This document shows, one piece after another, positions 38,195 to 48,158 of a stretch of DNA of 49,322 bases. The notes under the pieces were generated by a model that was not told the origin of the DNA, made no database searches, and worked only from the letters and a program-made list of their open reading frames with translations. A program made the position numbers and the translations under genes. Source of the stretch: an uncultured Bacilli bacterium (GTDB taxonomy: Bacteria; Bacillota_I; Bacilli_A; RF39; UBA660); assembly GCA_947626595.1 (NCBI GenBank), contig CANQST010000005.1:1-49322 (forward strand), in the 5' to 3' direction. The number at the start of each line of letters is the position of its first letter. The first letter of the stretch is position 1.

Positions 38195-40217
38195 TATAAG
38201 AAAAAATTTCATATGGAACGTTATTGGCTCTACATTAAATGCCACCACATCTTTATTTTTTCTCATTATAGTAACAAGAATAAATGGAATAAATGATGCT
38301 GGTATTTTTACTTTTGCCTTTTCAACGGCCTGCTTATTACAAGTAATTGCGGTATACTTTGGTAGAGCTTATCAAGTTACTGAAACCAATAAAAATATAA
38401 GTGATAGTGATTATATATATAGTAGATATTTTTCCTGTTTCATAATGCTTTTTGTTTCTATAATGTTTGTTTTTCTAAAAGGCTATACTATATACAAAAT
38501 AATAATTATGTTACTCTTAACTATTTATAAGATGCTTGATGCCTTTGCCGAAATAATTTATGCTATTATCCAAAAAAATAATGATTTATATAAAGTAGGT
38601 ATTTCATTATTTCTAAAAGGTTTAATAGGAACTATTATTTTCTTAGTAACAGATTTATTAACAAAAAACTTAATACTTTCAATAGTATTATTAACTATAA
38701 GTAACATATTAATACTACTTTTTTATGATGTAAGAAATTTAAAGAAATATGACTACGTAAAAACAGAATTTGCTTTTTCCAAAATTAAACTAATATTTAA
38801 ATATGGCTTTTTTACTTTTCTATTTACTTTCTTAACTCAGTATGTAATAAATGCCTCTAAATATGCTATTGATAGTAGCATGGCCGATAAATTTCAAACA
38901 ATATTTGGAATAATACTTATGCCAGGAACTCTAATAATGTTAGGTGGTCAACTACTAGTTCATCCTTTCTTAGTTATGTTTTCTAATAATTTAAAAGAAA
39001 ATAAAATAAAAGAATTTTCTAAGTTAGTAGTTAAAATAACATTTGGTGTTTTAATATTTGGCCTATTAGCCGATATAGTTGCTTATCTAATAGGTATTCC
39101 ATTCTTAGAATTAGTTTATAATATTAAATTAGATAAATACTTAATACCGTTAATTATCATAATAAGTGGCGCAACCCTTTATGGAATGTCCTTTATTATA
39201 TCTAATGCCCTAATTGCCATGAGAAAAACACTAAGTCAAAGTATAATCTTTATAGTCGCAAGTCTATTTACTTTAATATTATCAAACAAATTAGTTGATT
39301 TATTTGGAGTGATGGGAGCATCTATTTCATACTTTTCAACAATGCTTTTAATATTAATAATGTATATTATCGTTTTTGCTATTGAAATAAAAAAACTAAA
39401 AAAGTATGATATAAATCATGAAAAAAATATCCATACCTTTGTCGTTTTAGCGTATAAAACTTCCGAATACTTAGAAGAATGTATAAAATCAGTGTTAAAT
39501 CAAAAATATAAAAGTAATGTTTTAATTGCGACTTCAACTCCTAATCCCTACATTACTAAATTAGCTAAAAAATATAAACTAGATATTATAGTTAATGATA
39601 ATCCTAAAGGAATTGGTGGTGATTTTGATTTTGCCATCTCTTGTGCTAAAACAAAATTAGTAACCATTGCCCATCAAGACGATATATACGACTACTTATA
39701 TAGTTATGAGATTGTTAAAAAATATGAGGAAAATAAAAATTCTATAATTTTATTTTCAGATTACTATGAAATAAAAAATAACGATAAAGAATATAAAAAC
39801 ATAAATTTAAAAATAAAAAGAATTTTACTTTTTCCTCTTAGATTTAAATTTCTAAATAATAAAAAATTTTGGAAAAGAAGATCCTTATCATTAGGTTGCC
39901 CAATATGTTGTCCAGCTGTAACTTTTGTAAAAGAAAAAATAAACTTGCCACTTTTCGATTATAATTTTAAATGTAATATAGATTGGCATGCTTGGGAAAC
40001 ATTAAGTAAAAAGAAAGGTAACTTTAGTTTCATATATAAACATTTAATGGGACATAGAGTACATGAAGCATCAACAACCAGTAAGATAATAAATGATAAT
40101 AAAAGAACAGAAGAAGATTTAGTAATGTTTAAAAGATTTTGGCCTAGTTTTATTGCTAAATTTATAAATAAATTTTACGTTAAAAGTGAAAAGAATAATA
40201 ATATAAAAGATAATTAA
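38184..40217 (+). CDS. Fusion: Wzx/MOP-type flippase + GT2 domain
   Basis: N-terminal ~400 aa with about 12 TMs (KNFIWN...); C-terminal HTFVVLAY, IAHQDDIY, ICCPAV, DW. Confidence 0.82.
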   Translation: MTSSIRKNFIWNVIGSTLNATTSLFFLIIVTRINGINDAGIFTFAFSTACLLQVIAVYFGRAYQVTETNKNISDSDYIYSRYFSCFIMLFVSIMFVFLKGYTIYKIIIMLLLTIYKMLDAFAEIIYAIIQKNNDLYKVGISLFLKGLIGTIIFLVTDLLTKNLILSIVLLTISNILILLFYDVRNLKKYDYVKTEFAFSKIKLIFKYGFFTFLFTFLTQYVINASKYAIDSSMADKFQTIFGIILMPGTLIMLGGQLLVHPFLVMFSNNLKENKIKEFSKLVVKITFGVLIFGLLADIVAYLIGIPFLELVYNIKLDKYLIPLIIIISGATLYGMSFIISNALIAMRKTLSQSIIFIVASLFTLILSNKLVDLFGVMGASISYFSTMLLILIMYIIVFAIEIKKLKKYDINHEKNIHTFVVLAYKTSEYLEECIKSVLNQKYKSNVLIATSTPNPYITKLAKKYKLDIIVNDNPKGIGGDFDFAISCAKTKLVTIAHQDDIYDYLYSYEIVKKYEENKNSIILFSDYYEIKNNDKEYKNINLKIKRILLFPLRFKFLNNKKFWKRRSLSLGCPICCPAVTFVKEKINLPLFDYNFKCNIDWHAWETLSKKKGNFSFIYKHLMGHRVHEASTTSKIINDNKRTEEDLVMFKRFWPSFIAKFINKFYVKSEKNNNIKDN

Positions 40218-40236
40218 AGTATGGGAGATTTTGATT

Positions 40237-41532
40237 ATGAAAAAACTAAATATTACATTTTGTAGTTATCCAGATTTTGCATCTAATGCTAAGGCTTTAT
40301 ATGAATATATGAAAAATAGATATAAAAATTCTATGAATTATACATGGATAGTGTATAGTGAAGAAAGTATGAAAGCATTGCGAGATAATGGTATAAATGC
40401 TATAGTAATTGGAACTGATGAATTTTGGGATTACGTACCAACAACTGATGTCTTCTTTACAACTCATGGTAATCTTGATAGAAATAAAACAGAAAAATCT
40501 ATATATATAGAACTATGGCATGGAATAGGACCTAAACCAACAGGTTATTTATGCAATAATCCCAGTGAACAAGATGTTACTGGATACAATCATATGAGTA
40601 AAACATTTGATTATATGGTTGTACCAAATGATTTTTGGAAAGTAATATTTTCATGTGTTTTTCATGTTGAAGCGTCTAGAATATTAAATCTGGGATTACC
40701 AATATTGGATTATTTTAAATATGCTGATGGAAAGAAAAATCTATCTAAAATTTTAAATAAAGATGTTACTAAATATAGAAAAATAATAGCTTATATGCCA
40801 ACTTTTAAAAAAGGATTTAACCATACTGAAATTAAGAAAATGAATACTAAGAACATTTTCAATTTTCCTAAATATAATGAAGAAAAGCTTGATAAATTTT
40901 TAAGAGATAATAATTATTTACTTTGTATAAAAAGACATCCAGGAGAAGAAATGGCATTTACAGACTATAATTCTCAAAATATAATTACTATGAAAGATAC
41001 CAATTTGGAAAGTAATAACTTATCAGTAAATGAAATAATAAATGCTTTTGATATGCTTATAACTGATTATTCTTCGTTAGGAACAGAATTTATGTTTTTA
41101 GAAAGACCTATTCTATATACTATTGGTGATATTGATGAATATTGCGATGAAAGAGGAATAATCTTTTCAAATTTTGACTTTTGGGCTAGTGGTCCACAGT
41201 GTAGGGATATTGATACTTTAATTTCAGAATGTGATAAGCTTCTTAAAGATGATAATTATTATTTAGAAGCAAGACAAAAAGCCAAAAAAATGTATTTCAG
41301 TAATTTACAAGATGGTGGTTGTGATAGAATATGTGATTTTCTTTTTGATGGTAATAAAATTAGTAATAAAGTTAAACATTATAAAAATGTAGAAGAGCAA
41401 ATGAATAAAGAAATCATATATAAAGATTTGGTAATTAAGGAGCAAAAAGAAAAAATTGATATGATAGTTAATTCTAAGGGATGGAAGATTTTAGAAAAGA
41501 TGAGAAAAATGAAGAGAAAGATATTTAAATAA
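40237..41532 (+). CDS. CDP-glycerol glycerophosphotransferase (TagF/TagB family)
   Basis: SNAKALY, LWHGIGPK, GLP, YMPTFK, KRHP, ITDYSS. Confidence 0.88.
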   Translation: MKKLNITFCSYPDFASNAKALYEYMKNRYKNSMNYTWIVYSEESMKALRDNGINAIVIGTDEFWDYVPTTDVFFTTHGNLDRNKTEKSIYIELWHGIGPKPTGYLCNNPSEQDVTGYNHMSKTFDYMVVPNDFWKVIFSCVFHVEASRILNLGLPILDYFKYADGKKNLSKILNKDVTKYRKIIAYMPTFKKGFNHTEIKKMNTKNIFNFPKYNEEKLDKFLRDNNYLLCIKRHPGEEMAFTDYNSQNIITMKDTNLESNNLSVNEIINAFDMLITDYSSLGTEFMFLERPILYTIGDIDEYCDERGIIFSNFDFWASGPQCRDIDTLISECDKLLKDDNYYLEARQKAKKMYFSNLQDGGCDRICDFLFDGNKISNKVKHYKNVEEQMNKEIIYKDLVIKEQKEKIDMIVNSKGWKILEKMRKMKRKIFK

Positions 41533-41542
41533 ATCAATTCTT

Positions 41543-41576
41543 GACACTTATTTACAATAAATAAAGTGTCTCTTTA
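41543..41576 (+). terminator. Intrinsic terminator ending the glycan cluster
   Basis: GACACTTATTT/AAATAAAGTGTC hairpin followed by TCTTT. Confidence 0.55.
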
Positions 41577-41629
41577 CTATTTTTACCAAAATAAGTTTAT
41601 AATAATAGTATACCGAGGTGGTTATTTAT

Positions 41630-42556
41630 ATGCGAAAATGTGTAATAATCATGAATCCCGCTAGTGGGAAAAAAAAGAAAATAAGTAATTATAAAGATTT
41701 TTATGATATTTCAAGGAAATATGGTTATGATACCCAAATTATTTTTACTAAAGCTAAAGGCGATGGTACTAGAATAATTAAAGAATTAGACGACGATGTC
41801 GACTTAGTAATTAGTGCTGGTGGTGACGGAACCTTAAATGAAATCGTTACTGGTAACTGTGAACGTCTAAAAAAACTTACTCTAGCCGACCTACCTATGG
41901 GTACTACTAATGATGTTGGCAAAATGTATGGACTAAACAAAAGTATTTACCAAAACTTAGAAAAGATACTAAAAGGAAAACCCAAAGATATAGACGTTTG
42001 CTTTATTAATAATACTCCCTTTATCTATGTTGCCTGTTTAGGAGATTATATAGATATGGCTTACAATACTCCTAGAGAGTTAAAAAAGAAATATGGTAAA
42101 GTTGCCTATATTATGTATGGCTTAAAACAACTACGTAACAAAATCAATCGCTATGATATAAAATACAAAGTAGATGGCAAAACCTATGAAGGCAAATATT
42201 CCTTTGTTTTTATAACCAACTCCTCTAGAGTAGCAGGAGTATCAGATATTTATTATGACGTTAAACTTGACGATAACATGTTTGAAGTAGCCCTAGCTGA
42301 TGTAAAAACAAAAAAAGATATGTTAAAAATGCTTGTCCTAGTAAACACTATGGAAGTTAAAGATATACCAGGTATAACTTACTATCAAACAAATAATTTT
42401 GAAATAGAATTTTTAACTGGTCCTAAAACATCTTGGTGTATAGATGGAGAAGAATATAAAACAACTACTAAGAAATTTCGCTTTCGTGTTGAACAAAACA
42501 TGAAAATGCTAATGCCAAAAGAAAAAATAAAAAAACTTTTTCAGTATGAAGACTAA
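41630..42556 (+). CDS. YegS/DagK-family lipid (diacylglycerol) kinase
   Basis: MNPASG, AGGDGTLNE, PMGTTND, IDGE. Confidence 0.9.
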   Translation: MRKCVIIMNPASGKKKKISNYKDFYDISRKYGYDTQIIFTKAKGDGTRIIKELDDDVDLVISAGGDGTLNEIVTGNCERLKKLTLADLPMGTTNDVGKMYGLNKSIYQNLEKILKGKPKDIDVCFINNTPFIYVACLGDYIDMAYNTPRELKKKYGKVAYIMYGLKQLRNKINRYDIKYKVDGKTYEGKYSFVFITNSSRVAGVSDIYYDVKLDDNMFEVALADVKTKKDMLKMLVLVNTMEVKDIPGITYYQTNNFEIEFLTGPKTSWCIDGEEYKTTTKKFRFRVEQNMKMLMPKEKIKKLFQYED

Positions 42557-42578
42557 TTAAAAACAAGGAGGAAAGAAA

Positions 42579-43799
42579 ATGAAGTTTGTAGAAATTAGTG
42601 AAGAAGAATATGAAAAATTCTGGGAAAATCACCCCTTAAAAACCTTTTTATCTGCCAAAGAAATATCTATTCAACGAAAAAAAAATAATTGGCAAACTTA
42701 CTACGTAGGAGTTAAAAAAAATAAAAAACTAATCGCCGCAACTATGCTTCTAAAAAGAAAAAATCACTTTAATTGCTATGAATTTTATTCCCCTAGAGGT
42801 TACTTATTAGACTTCAATGATTATGAACTAGTAGACTTCTTTACTCAAGAATTAAAAAAATATCTAAAAAGTAAAAAAGCCTATATCTTTAGAGTAGATC
42901 CTTATCTTATTTATAAAGAAAGAGACATAGATGGTAACATAGTAGAAGGTGGTAAAGATAATTCTATGATAGTCGACCATCTTTTGAAGCTAGGCTTTAA
43001 AAAAATACCAACTAAAGATATTGAACAAGTAAGTTGGATGTTTTCCTTAGACTTAGATGGTAAAACTGAAGAAGATATTTTAAAAGAAATGAGCCCAAGT
43101 ACTAGAAACACTATTAGAAAAGCCGAAAAATTTGGTATAACTTTAAAAGAATTATCTTATGAAGAACTGCCTAAATTTCAAAGTATCTTAGAAGAAACAG
43201 GTAAAAGAAAAGACTTCTCCGTTAGAAAACTAGATTATTTTCAAACAATGTATAAACTATTTTCTGATAAAAAAGAAGTTAAGTTTCTAATTGCTGAGTT
43301 AAATTTAAAAGACTATATCGAAAAATTAACTAATGACTTAAAAAAGAAAAAAGAAAAGCTAGATAATTCAACTAAAATAAGTCAAGGAGAAAAAGAAAAT
43401 ATCGAAAGAGAAATAACTTCCCTAGAAAAAAGAATAGAAGAAGCAAAAGAGATAAAAGATAATGTTAATAAAGATGTAATTAACTTATCGGCTTCAATGT
43501 TTATTTTAATAAAACCAGAAGTTATTTACTTAGCCGGTGGCAATTATGAAGAATACATGCGTTACAATGCCCAATACTTACTTCAATGGGAACTAATTAA
43601 ATATGGACTAAATAATGGATTTAAAAAATATAATTTCTATGGTATACCAGCCAACATCAATGAACATCCTAAAGACTATGGAGTTTATGAATTTAAAAGA
43701 AGATTTGGTGGTTACGTAGAAGAATTAATTGGTGAATTTGCCTTACCAATTTCTTGGCAATATTATTTATTTAAACTAATCAAAAAAATTAAAAGATAA
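42579..43799 (+). CDS. FemABX/MurMN-family peptidoglycan bridge aminoacyltransferase
   Basis: YSPRG, RVDPY, coiled-coil insertion, YLAGG, QW, YNFYGI, GVYEFK..FGG, EELIGEF. Confidence 0.92.
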   Translation: MKFVEISEEEYEKFWENHPLKTFLSAKEISIQRKKNNWQTYYVGVKKNKKLIAATMLLKRKNHFNCYEFYSPRGYLLDFNDYELVDFFTQELKKYLKSKKAYIFRVDPYLIYKERDIDGNIVEGGKDNSMIVDHLLKLGFKKIPTKDIEQVSWMFSLDLDGKTEEDILKEMSPSTRNTIRKAEKFGITLKELSYEELPKFQSILEETGKRKDFSVRKLDYFQTMYKLFSDKKEVKFLIAELNLKDYIEKLTNDLKKKKEKLDNSTKISQGEKENIEREITSLEKRIEEAKEIKDNVNKDVINLSASMFILIKPEVIYLAGGNYEEYMRYNAQYLLQWELIKYGLNNGFKKYNFYGIPANINEHPKDYGVYEFKRRFGGYVEELIGEFALPISWQYYLFKLIKKIKR

Positions 43800-43826
43800 C
43801 CACTAGCTAAGCTAGTGGAAATTTTC
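43800..43826 (+). terminator. Hairpin terminator after the femAB-like gene
   Basis: CCACTAGC-TAA-GCTAGTGG perfect inverted repeat. Confidence 0.6.
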
Positions 43827-43828
43827 TC

Positions 43829-43882
43829 TTGACATTAACCTTTTTATATTATATCATGAATATATGAACAATTATTCATATA
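43829..43882 (+). promoter_or_regulatory. Promoter plus ArsR/SmtB-type operator
   Basis: TTGACA-17 nt-TATCAT, then inverted repeat TATATGAA-CAATTA-TTCATATA (43861-43882). Confidence 0.82.
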
Positions 43883-43900
43883 AGAAAGGCAGGCATTATA

Positions 43901-44197
43901 ATGAAAGTACATAGTAAAGAATTACTATATGGTCTAAGTGAATTTTATAAGATCTTTGGTGATGAAACCCGTCTTAGAATACTTGATATATTATTAAATA
44001 AACCATTATGTGTCAATGAAATAAGTGATATTTTAGATGTATCTCAGTCCGCTATTTCCCATCAATTAAAAAATCTACGAGCATCTAATCTTGTTAAAAC
44101 AGAAAAGATAGGTAAAAACGTATATTATTCTATAAGTGATAAGCACATAGAAATAATTTTAAAATACGGTTTAGAACACATTTCGGAGGTAATCTAA
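43901..44197 (+). CDS. ArsR/SmtB-family metal-sensing repressor
   Basis: FGDETRLRIL, LCVNEI, SQSAISHQL, DKH...EH alpha5 site. Confidence 0.93.
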   Translation: MKVHSKELLYGLSEFYKIFGDETRLRILDILLNKPLCVNEISDILDVSQSAISHQLKNLRASNLVKTEKIGKNVYYSISDKHIEIILKYGLEHISEVI

Positions 44198-46005
44198 TGA
44201 AAAGCTATGAAAAGTTAATAGAATTAATTATCAGTTTAATATTATTTCTTTCTTATTTCATACTACCTAGTAACTTAAATGTAATTTTCTTATTAATAGC
44301 TTATATCATAGTAAGTATGGATGTCTATAAAGAAGCTTTTATCAATTTAAAAAAGAAAGAAATATTTGACGAAAACTTTTTAATGATAATCGCAACCATA
44401 GGAGCTTTTATCATTAAAAGTTATGAAGAAGCCTTTATGGTTATGTTTTTATTTGAAATAGGTGAGTTTTTAGCGGACCTTGCCGTTAGTAAAAGTAAAA
44501 AATCTATTCTTGATTTATTAGATTTAAAAAAAGAAAAAGTTACTAAATTAAACGGTAATAAAGAAGAAGTTCTACCTATAGAAAAAATTAAAGTAGGGGA
44601 TATCTTTATTGTAAAACCAGGAGAAAGAATTCCTCTAGATGGTGAAATCATTGAAGGAGATAGTTTTGTTGATACTAAAGCCTTAACAGGAGAATATAAA
44701 CCTAGAAAAGTCCAAAAAAAAGATATAGTTTTAAGTGGCTTTATTAATCATACTTCCATAATCAAAGTAAAAGCCACTTCTACTAGTACTACTAGCACAA
44801 CAGCACGTATAATGAAATTATTAGAAGAAGTAGAAGAAGAAAAAAGTCAAACTGAAACATTTCTTACTAAATTTTGTAAAATATATACTCCTGTAGTTGT
44901 ATTTATGGCTTTATTTATTGGTATATTTTTCTCTTTAGTAACAAAAGATTATAATACTTGGATATATAGAGCCTTAGTCTTTCTAGTAACATCTTGTCCT
45001 TGTGCTTTAGTTATTTCTATTCCTCTAGCTTATTTCTGTGGAATAGGTAATGCTAGTAGAAATGGTATCTTAATTAAAGGTAGTAAAGAGTTAGATACTA
45101 TAAATGAAGTTCATTACTTACTTTTAGATAAAACAGGTACTATAACTAAAGGAAATTTTACTGTTACCAAAGTAGAACCTATTAACATGACAAAAGAAGA
45201 ACTATTAAAATATGCCGCATCTGCAGAAAAAGGATCTATCCATGTAATAGCTCAAGCTATAAAAGATTTCAATAAAGAAAAACTTCTTCCTATTACTAAT
45301 TTTAAAGAAATAAGTGGTAAAGGTATCAAATGTACAATTAATAAGAAAAGTATTTTAGTTGGTAATAAAAAGCTATTAGAAGAAGAAAATATTGATGTTG
45401 CAGAAGTAAAAGAAGTTGGAAGTATTATTCATATAAGTATTAATAACGTTTATGCTGGCTATATCGTTGTAAGTGACGAAATAAAACCATCAGCTATTAA
45501 TATCAAAGAACTAAAAAATAAATTTAAAGATATAGTTATTCTATCAGGAGATAATAAAGAAGTAGTTGAAAACGTCGCATCTAAATTAAATATTAATACT
45601 TACTATGGGAACCTTTTACCACAAGATAAAATAAATTATGTCAAGAAATATCAAGAAAATGATAAAGTTATGTTTGTAGGAGATGGCATAAATGATGCTT
45701 TTGTCATGAAAGTAGCTGATGTCAGTGTCTCAATGGGAATAAAAGGTAGTGATGCATCTATTGAAACAAGTGATATTGTCTTAATGAATGATAATTTAAC
45801 TAGTTTAAAAACAACTTTAGAAATAGCTAAAGATACTAAAAGAAAAGTAATTCAAAATATAATTCTTTCTCTTAGTATTAAGCTAATAGTTTTAGTTGCT
45901 GCTTTCCTAGGATTAAGCACTATATGGATGGCTGTCTTTGCTGATGTAGGAGTTACTTTTATTGCAATTATTAATGTAATTAATCTCTTAATAAAAAAAT
46001 ATTAA
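44197..46005 (+). CDS. Heavy-metal P1B-type ATPase (CadA/ZntA-like)
   Basis: DENFLM, TGE, SCPCAL, DKTGT, GDGIND, AVFADVG. Confidence 0.93.
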   Translation: MKSYEKLIELIISLILFLSYFILPSNLNVIFLLIAYIIVSMDVYKEAFINLKKKEIFDENFLMIIATIGAFIIKSYEEAFMVMFLFEIGEFLADLAVSKSKKSILDLLDLKKEKVTKLNGNKEEVLPIEKIKVGDIFIVKPGERIPLDGEIIEGDSFVDTKALTGEYKPRKVQKKDIVLSGFINHTSIIKVKATSTSTTSTTARIMKLLEEVEEEKSQTETFLTKFCKIYTPVVVFMALFIGIFFSLVTKDYNTWIYRALVFLVTSCPCALVISIPLAYFCGIGNASRNGILIKGSKELDTINEVHYLLLDKTGTITKGNFTVTKVEPINMTKEELLKYAASAEKGSIHVIAQAIKDFNKEKLLPITNFKEISGKGIKCTINKKSILVGNKKLLEEENIDVAEVKEVGSIIHISINNVYAGYIVVSDEIKPSAINIKELKNKFKDIVILSGDNKEVVENVASKLNINTYYGNLLPQDKINYVKKYQENDKVMFVGDGINDAFVMKVADVSVSMGIKGSDASIETSDIVLMNDNLTSLKTTLEIAKDTKRKVIQNIILSLSIKLIVLVAAFLGLSTIWMAVFADVGVTFIAIINVINLLIKKY

Positions 46006-46047
46006 ACTTCTATGAAAAAGTGTATAATATAAGTAGGAGGTAATTAG

Positions 46048-47268
46048 ATGTATAAAAAAGTTATAATTATCTTTAGCATTATTTTATTTATAATAATTAG
46101 TAGCTTCGTTGGAGTAAAACTATATAGAAAATGGCAAATAGATCATGCTGTAATTAAAGTAGAACTTGTAGATAATCTAGATATTGAAGTATATTCTAAA
46201 GTAAAATTAAAAGATTTAATTAAAAGTATAAATGGTAAATTAGAAAAAAACTTTACTATTAAGCCAACTAAGCTTGGTAAGAAAGAAATTACTTTTAACT
46301 ACACCAATGAAGATAATATAAAAGTACCATATACTTTTAATATCAATATAGTTGATACAACTAAGCCAATTATTAGTATGATAAATTCTTACTCCTTAGA
46401 TGTAGGAGAAGAAGTTGATTTAGCTCATGAACTTTTCTGCGGAGATAATTATGACGATAAACCAAAATGCACTATTGAAGGAACCTATGACATAACAACA
46501 CCAGGAAGTTATCCCGTTACCTTTAAAGCAACCGACAGTAGTGGTAATACTTCCTCATTCGATTTTACTGTCTATGTAAAAGAAAAAGTAGAAAGTACTA
46601 ATCCATCTAGAGAAGAAGAGCCCATTACTACCTCTTTTCAAGATATAATAGAAAAACATAAAACATCTAATACTAAAATAGGTATTGATGTATCACATTG
46701 GCAAGGAGACATTGATTTTAAGAAAATAAAAGCATCTGGTGTTGAATTTGCCTTTATTAGAGTTGGCAGTGAAAAAGGTATTGATGGAAAATTTTATATT
46801 GACGAAAAATTTAAACAAAATATCAAAGGCTTTAATAAAGAAAAAATTCCTGTAGGTATTTATTTCTATTCATATGCTAATAGTAAAGAGAAAGCTATAG
46901 AACAAGCTAAATGGATAATTAAACAAGTAAAAAAATATAAAATAGACTTACCAATAGTTTTTGATTGGGAAAGTTGGAATATGTATCAAGAGTTTAATTT
47001 GAGTTTTTATCACTTAACAGAAATGGCTAATGCCTTTATTGATACTGTAGAAAAAGCTGGTTATAATGGTATGCTTTATAGTAGTAAAAACTATTTAGAA
47101 AATATTTGGATGGATGTTAAAAATCCTGTATGGCTTGCTCACTACACAGAAGAAACTAACTATAAAGGAAATTATAAGTTTTGGCAATTATGCAGTAATG
47201 GAGTAGTTGATGGTATTAATGATAATATGGTTGATATAGATATTATGTATAAGGAAAAGGAAAAGTAG
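46048..47268 (+). CDS. Membrane-anchored GH25 muramidase with Ig-like domains
   Basis: N-terminal TM, DTTKP...ATDSSGN Ig-like repeat, GIDVSHWQG, FDWE, WLAHY, WQ, VDID. Confidence 0.9.
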   Translation: MYKKVIIIFSIILFIIISSFVGVKLYRKWQIDHAVIKVELVDNLDIEVYSKVKLKDLIKSINGKLEKNFTIKPTKLGKKEITFNYTNEDNIKVPYTFNINIVDTTKPIISMINSYSLDVGEEVDLAHELFCGDNYDDKPKCTIEGTYDITTPGSYPVTFKATDSSGNTSSFDFTVYVKEKVESTNPSREEEPITTSFQDIIEKHKTSNTKIGIDVSHWQGDIDFKKIKASGVEFAFIRVGSEKGIDGKFYIDEKFKQNIKGFNKEKIPVGIYFYSYANSKEKAIEQAKWIIKQVKKYKIDLPIVFDWESWNMYQEFNLSFYHLTEMANAFIDTVEKAGYNGMLYSSKNYLENIWMDVKNPVWLAHYTEETNYKGNYKFWQLCSNGVVDGINDNMVDIDIMYKEKEK

Positions 47269-47269
47269 T

Positions 47270-47653
47270 ATGGACGATTTAGTATTTTATATAATAGCTG
47301 GAATTTTTCTAATTTATTTCACAATTAAATCAGTAATAATTTTAATTAAAATGAAAACTTATATCAAAGTAAAAGGAGTAGTTACACATTCTAATACTAA
47401 ATATTATATTGATAATGAGGGGGCATCTACAGTAGCTCACAATAAATATCATTTTGAATATAATGGCAAAATATATGATATAGAAGACTATGGTGGAAAT
47501 ACTAAACTAAAAGTAGGAGATGAAGTATATTTATATATTTCTAAAAAAAATCCAGATAATTATTTAAAACCAGGAAAAGTACATTCCTTAAGGTATTACA
47601 TTTTATTAATAATAGTAATTATTCTTTTCTTCTTAGGTCAAATATTTTTCTAA
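47270..47653 (+). CDS. Small two-TM membrane protein (DUF3592-like)
   Basis: TM - beta-rich loop (VKGVV, YNGKIY, KVGDEV..Y..KNP) - TM. Confidence 0.65.
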   Translation: MDDLVFYIIAGIFLIYFTIKSVIILIKMKTYIKVKGVVTHSNTKYYIDNEGASTVAHNKYHFEYNGKIYDIEDYGGNTKLKVGDEVYLYISKKNPDNYLKPGKVHSLRYYILLIIVIILFFLGQIFF

Positions 47654-47668
47654 AAATAAAAAAGCTGT

Positions 47669-48103
47669 TTATAAAAATTTATTCAATTTTTCAACAGCTT
47701 TTTCTTGTCTATCAATATATTCTTCTACTAAGAGAATAATCTTCTTATCAGCCTTTTTATTATTTAGTAGTTTTCTGCCTTCAATAATTCCCATGTTAGT
47801 TCCTTGTAGTAATAATTCAGCTAATTTAGATGTAGAATTATCGGTAAGTGTTTTCATTTGAACTGTATACCAAGTCATTAATTTATTTGCTTTAGATGTT
47901 TCATGTGGCTCTTTAGAACTATAATCAGGATATATTTCTTCTATTTTCTCCGCAATTTCTTTGTAATCTTCATATTGCTTTTCCAATACTTCTCTAAATA
48001 TTTTATCGTCAACCTTGTCTAACACAAAATCTAAAGCATCCATACCCATAAAAGTTCCTTTACTAAGTTCATCTAAAACATCAGCATTTTTAGTTATTTT
48101 CAT
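47669..48103 (-). CDS. Conserved-type hypothetical protein, ferritin-like helical
   Basis: ATG 48103 after AGGAGG; MG...AELLLQGTNMG helical pattern. Confidence 0.7.
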   Translation of the reverse strand: MKITKNADVLDELSKGTFMGMDALDFVLDKVDDKIFREVLEKQYEDYKEIAEKIEEIYPDYSSKEPHETSKANKLMTWYTVQMKTLTDNSTSKLAELLLQGTNMGIIEGRKLLNNKKADKKIILLVEEYIDRQEKAVEKLNKFL

Positions 48104-48158
48104 ATCTTTCCTCCTATTAATAGTATTGATAAATAATAAGAAAGTATACAAAAACAAT

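Noticed and set aside
1671-44651. Short antisense or overlapping ORFs in the track (e.g. 1671-1853, 2346-2585, 5754-6029, 11378-11569, 17026-17277, 28391-28837, 34213-34503, 44421-44651)
   Set aside because: Shadow frames of well-supported genes with no RBS or recognisable motifs
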